A stretch of 64,000 nucleotides of DNA from Candidatus Lustribacter sp. GTDB taxonomy: Bacteria; Vulcanimicrobiota; Vulcanimicrobiia; Vulcanimicrobiales; Vulcanimicrobiaceae. The DNA lies in contig OZ255842.1 of the NCBI GenBank assembly GCA_965277805.1, positions 1,280,001-1,344,000 on the forward strand, read 5' to 3'. The position numbers were made by a program, and so were the translations under genes. This document shows positions 57,716 to 64,000 of the stretch, piece by piece. The notes under the pieces were generated by a model, which was not told the DNA's origin, searched no databases, and worked only from the letters and a program-made list of their open reading frames with translations. The stretch's first letter is position 1; every line of letters begins with the position of its first letter.

Positions 57716-60700
57716 TCACGCCGGCGCCGGATGCGCGGCTAACCACTGCCGTTCGGCCGTCGCTAAGGCTTGGGCGGCGGAAAGCCCGAGCGTGCGGGCG
57801 AGCGCGTAGGTGGTGCGGAGGGTACCCGATGATGCGACCAGCGCGAGCGTGCCGTTGCTGCCGTAGCGCGTCCAGGTCGCCTGCGCGACGGCTGCCGGCG
57901 CCCAACTCACGACGATCGTTTCGCGCGGAGTCCAGGCCATGAATGCCGGACTCGTCGTCACCGTTGCTGTTGCGGGAGCCTGAAGCGCCGATAGCGTGAC
58001 CGCACGCTGATCCGGTGCGGTCCCTTCGAAGCTCACGCGTTCGTCGACGATGAGTCGCGTCGCGCCGGCGGCGAGCCGCACGGTTTTCTCGAAGCGCGCA
58101 CCGCCGCCGAGGTCCGGCGCGTCGTAGGTGAAGCGTACGACGGCTTCCGCGCCCGTGGCGCGCACGATCTGCGTGCGATACGCGCGATTGAAGGTACCGG
58201 CGGGATAGGTGTGCGTGTACTTTGCGATGCGATCGGTCGTCGAAGGCGGCGGCGGCAGCAGCACGTCGTCGCGTAACGCACCGGTCGCGTTGACCGCGTT
58301 GTACGGCAACGCACTGCGCGCGGCGAAGACGATGAGCCGTGCGCCGCCGCCGGGAGCGAAGATCGCCACGATGCGATCGTTCGCGAGCGTCACCGTCCGG
58401 TCGCCGCTGCCGAATGCCGAACCCACGATGACACGCGCGACGCCGGGCACGACGGACGGCAGCGCCACGTGCACGGTTTGGCGCGCGTTGAGCGCCACCG
58501 AAGGTTCGTTCGCGCGCGCCGGGTTCGGACCGCGCATGGGCAGCGTGCCCGTTGCCGGCGGCGCGCTGCCGCCGAGCACGATCAGACGCGCGTCGCGCGG
58601 CGCCACGGTAAACGGCGGCACGTCGAAGGAACCGATGCCGGTCCACGTGACGCCGCCGAAGCGGCGGGGCGAGTTCGACCAGTTTGCCGCGACCCCGAAG
58701 GTGGCGTCGGGTCCGGCTAACACGGCGATGCCGCTGCCGAGTTGGTTCGGTACTTGCGCGCGAATCGCGATCCGCAGTTGCGCCAGGCTCCGTAGCCGCG
58801 CCGCGATTGCGGGCAGCGGCGGACGAACGAACGGCGGGACCACGATCGTGCGATATCGCCGCAGGCGCGCATCGCTCGAGAAGCGCAAGTCGACGACGTC
58901 GCAGGTGAGGCCGCGCGTGTTGCACGTGCGCAGCGCCGCCTTCAATTCGGCCGCGATCGCGCCGATGTCGTCGTTGGAAAGCGCCGCCGGATCGGACGCG
59001 CTGACTTCGTCGGCGATCGCGATCGTTGCGACCCGATGCGTCGCGGCCAGCAACGCACCGTATCGCCGGACCTCGTCACCGAAACGTTGGGTCGGTGCCC
59101 AGCGGGCCGGACGGCTGCGCAGCAACGCGTCGGGGTCGCGCGGAATCGCTGCGTCCCAACTGTAGAAGGCATTGGAGAACGGCGCTTCCCAGCCGAACGG
59201 CGCGAGCGTGTCTTGCAGCGGAAAGTCGACCACGCCGTGCACGCCCCAGCTCAGCATTTCGGCCAGTGCCAGCGTGGTGTTCGACGGATCGGCCGGACGC
59301 GGCAGCGGATCTTCGGGCGAGGCGAGCCAGCCGGCTTGAAACTCGCTCGACGCCGGGGGCACGCGTTCTTGCGTCGTCAACGTCGCCGTTGCGAAATCGA
59401 GTTCGACGCGATCGTGATCGCCGATCGAGTAGGCGTCGCTCTGGTACCAGTTGCCCATCGCCCACACGGGCGACGCCGCCGGCACTTTCATATCGTAGGT
59501 GTTGATGAACGTCGGCACGACGGGGCCTGTCACGCTGCGCACCTGCGTATCGAGCCAATGCAGATATGCTTGAAAATGCGGCGCGGGCCAGGTCTGATTG
59601 TCGATGTAGGCGCCCTGATCGTCGTCCAGCGCCACCGCGATCACGAGATCCGCGTACGGCACGAACTCCGCCAGCGCGTGATGCAGCCAGCGCGCCGCAT
59701 AATAGCGATGGGTTGCGTTGCGCATCCACTCTGCGGCTGCATCGTCGCTGTGCGCGTTTTGCAGCGTGGCGGTGGCGGGATAGCGCCCTTCGAGGATGTC
59801 GTGCAGCGGCATCCCGTACGCGGGCCGGCGCAGGAGCCACGCCGGATAGCCGCCGTTACGCCACTCGTTGCGAATCACGGGGCCCGGCCGCACGATCAGG
59901 TGAAAGTGCAGCTCGCGCGCCAACTGCAGCACCCGGCGCAGATTGCGGCGCGGGTTCGTATGGCCGTCGAAGTCGAATTTGCCGTCGGATGTTTCGTGCC
60001 AGTTCCACGGCACGTAGAGGTCGAGGGTGTTGGCGCCGGCGGCGCGCATGGCGACCATCGAGTCGCGCCAGCGTTCGGGCGGAATGCGTTCGTAGAAGAA
60101 CGCGCCGCCGAAAAAGAAGAACGGCTTGCCATCGACGAGCAGCTGCGGCGTGCCGTCGCGCTGCACGACGCGCGCGTGCGTGAACGTCGCCGCTTCGGCG
60201 CCGCGCGGTACGGTCGCGAACGCCAGAAGCAGCAGCGCGGCGGCGATCGCGAAGGGCCAGGTCGCTCGCACGCGCGCGCGGATCAGAAAGATCACTGCGC
60301 CCGCGGCCAGCGTCGCGGTGCCGAAGGCCATCGCGATTAGCCCCGAGCTCCAGAAGAGAAAGAACCAGGCGGCGAGCGCGACGATGACCGGCAACGGGTA
60401 GAGCGGCAGACGATATGGCGCCGGCTCGGCGCGCATGCGCAGCACCATAACCGCGAGGTTCCCGCCGACGCCCTGTACCAGCACGAGCCCGGCCGTGAGC
60501 GCGTTGATCACCGCGTCCAGCGGAAAGAGCGTGGCCGGCAACGCCAAGAGCCCCAGCGCGAGCAGCGAGATGTGCGGAAAGCGTTTCGTCGCGTGCAGCC
60601 GCGCGAAGGGCGCCAGGAAATCGCCGTCGCAGGCGGCGGCGTACGGCACGCGCGAGGCGCCGAGCAAACCGCCGTATACTGAAGCAAAGCAGGTGACGAG

Positions 60701-61558
60701 GATCGTTACCGTGATGACGACGGCGGCCGCATGTCCGGCAGTTCGCTCCACAGCTTGCGAGGCGACGAAGGTCGAGTGTGCGACCTCGCTGAGCGAGAGC
60801 GCGGAGAAGACGCCGAGGTTCAGCGCGACATAGGCCACTCCGGTGATGAGGATCGAGATGACGACGGCGAGCGGAATCGTGCGGACCGGCGCGATGACTT
60901 CGTCGCCGATTTGCGGCACGCTCTGGTATCCGGCATAGTCGTAGAGGGTGTAGACCATCGCGGCACCGAGCGCAACGACGTTCAGACCGCGCAGCGAAAA
61001 GGCCGGCGCGAGCAGCGCTCCCACCGGTTGCGTGGGGTGGAAGAACCCGCACGCGGCGATTGCAACCAACGTGAGTACGGCGATCGCGCTGAGCGCGAGC
61101 GCGGTGCGGGCGATGTGCGGAATCTTCTGGTAAAGCGCCCAGAGCGTGACGACGCCGACGCCGAGCGCGACGGCGTGCGCGGCGATGGGCTGGGCCAACA
61201 CGGGAACGAGATAGGCCGCGTACTGCGCGAAGCCGATGTATCCGCTCGCGATCGACAGCGGCAGCGCGAAGAGGTACTGCCAGACGAATATGAAGGCGAC
61301 GATGCGTCCCGGTCCGTGCGCGCCGAAGGCTTCGCGCAGATAGGCGTAGGTGCCGCCGCTACGCGGAAAGCGCGACGCGAGCTCGGCATAGCACAAGCCG
61401 TCGCACAGCGCCACGAGGGCGCCGGCGATCCACGGCCAGATCGTGATCGAGCCGTGCATCGCCGCGACGACGAGCGGGATCGTGATCAGCGGTCCCGCGC
61501 CGACGATCGTCGCGACGTTGATCGCGACGGCGCTGCGCAGCCCGACCCCGCGGATCAA
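57716..61558 (-). CDS. APC-family permease fused to a GH35-like glycoside hydrolase with C-terminal beta-rich domains
   Basis: Approx. aa 1-430: IVGAGP, YAELASRFPRSGGTYAYLREAFG, YDYAGY, SRVPYAAA. Then LLVDGKPF..GG.FFY.RIP..W, NTLDLYVPWNWHE..G.FDF.G, VRPGP.I..EW..GGYP.WL, EFQAGW. Confidence 0.9.
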   Translation of the reverse strand: MIRGVGLRSAVAINVATIVGAGPLITIPLVVAAMHGSITIWPWIAGALVALCDGLCYAELASRFPRSGGTYAYLREAFGAHGPGRIVAFIFVWQYLFALPLSIASGYIGFAQYAAYLVPVLAQPIAAHAVALGVGVVTLWALYQKIPHIARTALALSAIAVLTLVAIAACGFFHPTQPVGALLAPAFSLRGLNVVALGAAMVYTLYDYAGYQSVPQIGDEVIAPVRTIPLAVVISILITGVAYVALNLGVFSALSLSEVAHSTFVASQAVERTAGHAAAVVITVTILVTCFASVYGGLLGASRVPYAAACDGDFLAPFARLHATKRFPHISLLALGLLALPATLFPLDAVINALTAGLVLVQGVGGNLAVMVLRMRAEPAPYRLPLYPLPVIVALAAWFFLFWSSGLIAMAFGTATLAAGAVIFLIRARVRATWPFAIAAALLLLAFATVPRGAEAATFTHARVVQRDGTPQLLVDGKPFFFFGGAFFYERIPPERWRDSMVAMRAAGANTLDLYVPWNWHETSDGKFDFDGHTNPRRNLRRVLQLARELHFHLIVRPGPVIRNEWRNGGYPAWLLRRPAYGMPLHDILEGRYPATATLQNAHSDDAAAEWMRNATHRYYAARWLHHALAEFVPYADLVIAVALDDDQGAYIDNQTWPAPHFQAYLHWLDTQVRSVTGPVVPTFINTYDMKVPAASPVWAMGNWYQSDAYSIGDHDRVELDFATATLTTQERVPPASSEFQAGWLASPEDPLPRPADPSNTTLALAEMLSWGVHGVVDFPLQDTLAPFGWEAPFSNAFYSWDAAIPRDPDALLRSRPARWAPTQRFGDEVRRYGALLAATHRVATIAIADEVSASDPAALSNDDIGAIAAELKAALRTCNTRGLTCDVVDLRFSSDARLRRYRTIVVPPFVRPPLPAIAARLRSLAQLRIAIRAQVPNQLGSGIAVLAGPDATFGVAANWSNSPRRFGGVTWTGIGSFDVPPFTVAPRDARLIVLGGSAPPATGTLPMRGPNPARANEPSVALNARQTVHVALPSVVPGVARVIVGSAFGSGDRTVTLANDRIVAIFAPGGGARLIVFAARSALPYNAVNATGALRDDVLLPPPPSTTDRIAKYTHTYPAGTFNRAYRTQIVRATGAEAVVRFTYDAPDLGGGARFEKTVRLAAGATRLIVDERVSFEGTAPDQRAVTLSALQAPATATVTTSPAFMAWTPRETIVVSWAPAAVAQATWTRYGSNGTLALVASSGTLRTTYALARTLGLSAAQALATAERQWLAAHPAPA

Positions 61559-63465
61559 GCGGTCAATCCGAACACGTCACGATAGAATTGCAGCTCGCGC
61601 TCGAGCACCCGTACGATCGTCTCGGCCTTACGGAAGCCGTGGCCTTCGCCTTCGAACGCTTCGTAGACGACCGGCACGTTGCGCGCGATCAACGCGTCGC
61701 GCATCGCGGTCGCTTGATTGGGCGGCACGACGCGATCGTCCAGGCCCTGGAAGAGCAGCACCGGCACGTCGATCGTCGCCACGTGGTTCACCGGGGAGCG
61801 CTCGCGATAGCGCTCGAGCGTTTGCGGCAACGGGCCGACCAACCCGTCGGTGTAACGCGCTTCGAACTTGTGCGTGTCGGCGGCCAGCGCTTCGAGCTCC
61901 ATCACGCCGTACAGGCTGACCGCGGCCGCGAAGACGTCCGATGTGGCGACGGCGAGCAGCGCGGTCATGCCGCTGGCGCTGCCGCCGCGAATCGCGATTT
62001 GCGCGGGATTACAGCGGCCGCTCTCTGCCAGCGAGCGTGCCACGTTGATGCAGTCGCGGACGTCGATCTCGCCCCATGCGCCGGCGAGCCGTCCGCGGTA
62101 GGTGCGTCCGAAGCCCGAGGAGCCGCGGTAATTGACGTGCGCGACCGCAAAGCCGCGCGAGGTGTAAAATTGAATCCCAATGTTGAACGCGTTGGTGTGC
62201 ATCGAGGTCGGCCCGCCGTGGCTCATCACGATCAGCGGGGGCCGCTCGCCCGCCGGACCTGCGTAGCGCGCGTTTCGTGGCGGATAGAAGAACGCGTGCA
62301 CGTCTTCCCCGTCATCGGAGCGAACCGTCAGCGCTTCGCCGATGCTCACGCCGTCAGCCTCGAGAACTTGCGCGCTCGCCGCACGCACGACGGTGTGCGA
62401 CGGATCGCCGATCTTCGGCGCGTAGCACACGGCGGCCGGCGCGTCCGGCGGTGCCGCGAGATAGACCGCGCCGTCGCGAAAGGGCAGCGGCGTGGTGTCG
62501 ACGGGGCCGTACGGCAATTCGCGCACGGTTCCGGACGCGATCAAACCGGGGTGCACGCTCCCGTCGCGCACGTAGGCGCATAGCACGCGCGCATCGTCGA
62601 GCGGCGCGATCATCGCGCGGCCGAACACCCACGGCGGTTCGGCAAACTCCGCCGCCAGCGGCGCGAGCGCGTCGATGCGGTCGCCGTGCAGCGCGTAGAC
62701 ATTCCACCAGTTCGTGCGGTCGGAGGTGAAGAGCAGCGTTCCGTCCGGCGTCCACGCCGCGGCCACGATCGCTTCGCCGCCGCCTTCACCCGCGACGCAG
62801 CGCGTTTCGCTCGAGCTGCCGTCCCGCGCCACGCGGGCGACGTAGAGCCGCGTCGCATCCCACGGCATGCCGGGGTGATTCCAGGCGATCCAGGCCAGCT
62901 TCGTTCCGTCGGGCGAGAGCTGCGGCGCGAGCACGAAGTCGGTTCCGCCGGCGACGATGGTACCCGCGTTCGCTGCGGCTTCGACACCGCCGGCCATCGA
63001 GAAGACGACGATTGCGTTGTCGGGCGCGGTCGGCGGACGGTCGCGGTGATCTTCGCGCACCGCGTAGACCCGTTCGCTCGCGACGTCGATCGCGAACCCG
63101 GCGTAGCGGCAGCCCGGCACCGCGATCAGGGCCCGCGGCTTGCGCCCGGCCTCGGCGAGCCACACGCTGCCGTCACTGCGCTCCGAGTACACGACCCGGC
63201 CGTCGCGCACGGCGTATGCTCCGCCGCCGTACTCGTGCACGCGATCGCCCACGTCGGCGGACGGGGGCAGCACGTCGTGGGGCGGATGGCCGGGTGACCA
63301 GCGCACGAGCGCTCGGCGGCCTCGCTCCGCCGGACGCAGCTCGAGCCAGGTCACGGTGTCGCCGTCGACGGCGAGTTCCGAGAACGCGAGGGTCGCACCG
63401 GAGACCAGCTGCGGGGTCACCGTTGAGTCCCACATCCCGAAGCGCGCGACGGTCGTACCTTCCAT
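61555..63465 (-). CDS. S9 family (prolyl oligopeptidase-like) peptidase
   Basis: Start ATG 63465; HEYGGG, HGGPT, NYRGSSGFG, GGSASG, DRVVP, EGHGF. Confidence 0.93.
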   Translation of the reverse strand: MEGTTVARFGMWDSTVTPQLVSGATLAFSELAVDGDTVTWLELRPAERGRRALVRWSPGHPPHDVLPPSADVGDRVHEYGGGAYAVRDGRVVYSERSDGSVWLAEAGRKPRALIAVPGCRYAGFAIDVASERVYAVREDHRDRPPTAPDNAIVVFSMAGGVEAAANAGTIVAGGTDFVLAPQLSPDGTKLAWIAWNHPGMPWDATRLYVARVARDGSSSETRCVAGEGGGEAIVAAAWTPDGTLLFTSDRTNWWNVYALHGDRIDALAPLAAEFAEPPWVFGRAMIAPLDDARVLCAYVRDGSVHPGLIASGTVRELPYGPVDTTPLPFRDGAVYLAAPPDAPAAVCYAPKIGDPSHTVVRAASAQVLEADGVSIGEALTVRSDDGEDVHAFFYPPRNARYAGPAGERPPLIVMSHGGPTSMHTNAFNIGIQFYTSRGFAVAHVNYRGSSGFGRTYRGRLAGAWGEIDVRDCINVARSLAESGRCNPAQIAIRGGSASGMTALLAVATSDVFAAAVSLYGVMELEALAADTHKFEARYTDGLVGPLPQTLERYRERSPVNHVATIDVPVLLFQGLDDRVVPPNQATAMRDALIARNVPVVYEAFEGEGHGFRKAETIVRVLERELQFYRDVFGLTA

Positions 63466-63518
63466 GCGCCGGTCTTTGCCGGTGGAACTGCTCCGCTCCG
63501 CCTCGCGTTGAGGCTGGT

Positions 63519-64000
63519 GTGACATCTTCGTTTCGCCGTCTGTTTGCCTGCGTTGCCGCGCTGACGCTTCTGGCCGTGCCGCTGACCGCGTCATCGCAAG
63601 ATACCGCCGGCGGGGTCAACATCGCGCACGCGACGCTCTCAAACGGGCTGCAGGTCTACGTGCTGCAAGACCGCCTCTCGCCGGTCGTCTCGATGTACAC
63701 GAACTACCTGACGGGCGCTAACGACGAGCCGATCACGGGCCTCGCCCACGCGCAAGAGCACATGATGTTCCGCGGCAGCAAGACGATCGACGCATCGCAG
63801 TTCTCCGATACCACTGCGATCACCGGCGGATCGTACAACGCCGATACGCAGAACGAGATCACGCAATATTTCTTCGAGATGCCCGCGCAGTATCTCGACA
63901 TAGCGCTCAACCTCGAACGTTCGCGCGCGACCGGCATCCTCGATGCGCAGAGCGGCTGGGACGCCGAACGCGGCGCGATCACGCAGGAAGTCGTGCGCGA
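63519..64000 (+). CDS. M16 (pitrilysin) family peptidase, 3' end outside window
   Basis: Not in the ORF track. GTG 63519, signal peptide, TLSNGLQV, GLAHAQEHMMFRGS (HxxEH), NADT, ERGAI.QE. Confidence 0.92.
   Translation, partial: MTSSFRRLFACVAALTLLAVPLTASSQDTAGGVNIAHATLSNGLQVYVLQDRLSPVVSMYTNYLTGANDEPITGLAHAQEHMMFRGSKTIDASQFSDTTAITGGSYNADTQNEITQYFFEMPAQYLDIALNLERSRATGILDAQSGWDAERGAITQEVVR

Noticed and set aside
57648-58925. N-terminal extension of the Rieske ORF (862 aa)
   Set aside because: Alternative frame of the permease-GH35 gene; family similarity starts at ATG 57647 after GGAGG.

Overview
High-GC bacterial chromosomal segment. The 16S sequence and gene content suggest, without proof, Candidatus Eremiobacterota/Vulcanimicrobiota (WPS-2). 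Core content, in order: a partial TPP enzyme; a GAF-GGDEF cyclase; an alpha operon that lacks rpsM (rpsK-rpsD-rpoA-rplQ) and runs directly into trpE-G-D-C-F-B-A; a Liv-type ABC transporter; a sulfurtransferase and lhgO; a complete rrn operon (16S-23S-5S, no spacer tRNA) whose 23S gene carries a 302-nt ORF-less group I intron at E. coli position 2500; catabolic enzymes; a CCG-type succinate dehydrogenase; and dnaE-hisZ-hisG-hisD-cof-ftsQ-ftsA-ftsZ. The window ends with an accessory region next to tRNA-Leu(CAA), a Rieske oxygenase, an APC permease fused to a GH35-like glycoside hydrolase, and two peptidases. The accessory region holds a 2.7-kb att-flanked decayed island and a divergent pair of paralogous small zinc-finger-like genes, one with an in-frame amber codon. 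The most notable observations are the permease-glycosidase fusion, the L2500 intron, tandem NrdR-like boxes before ftsA and an SRPBCC gene, the zinc-finger paralog pair within a sigmaB-like small-gene cluster, an apparent AUA start for trpF, and a structured leader before the orphaned rpsK. All calls come from reading the sequence by eye; no database searches were run.
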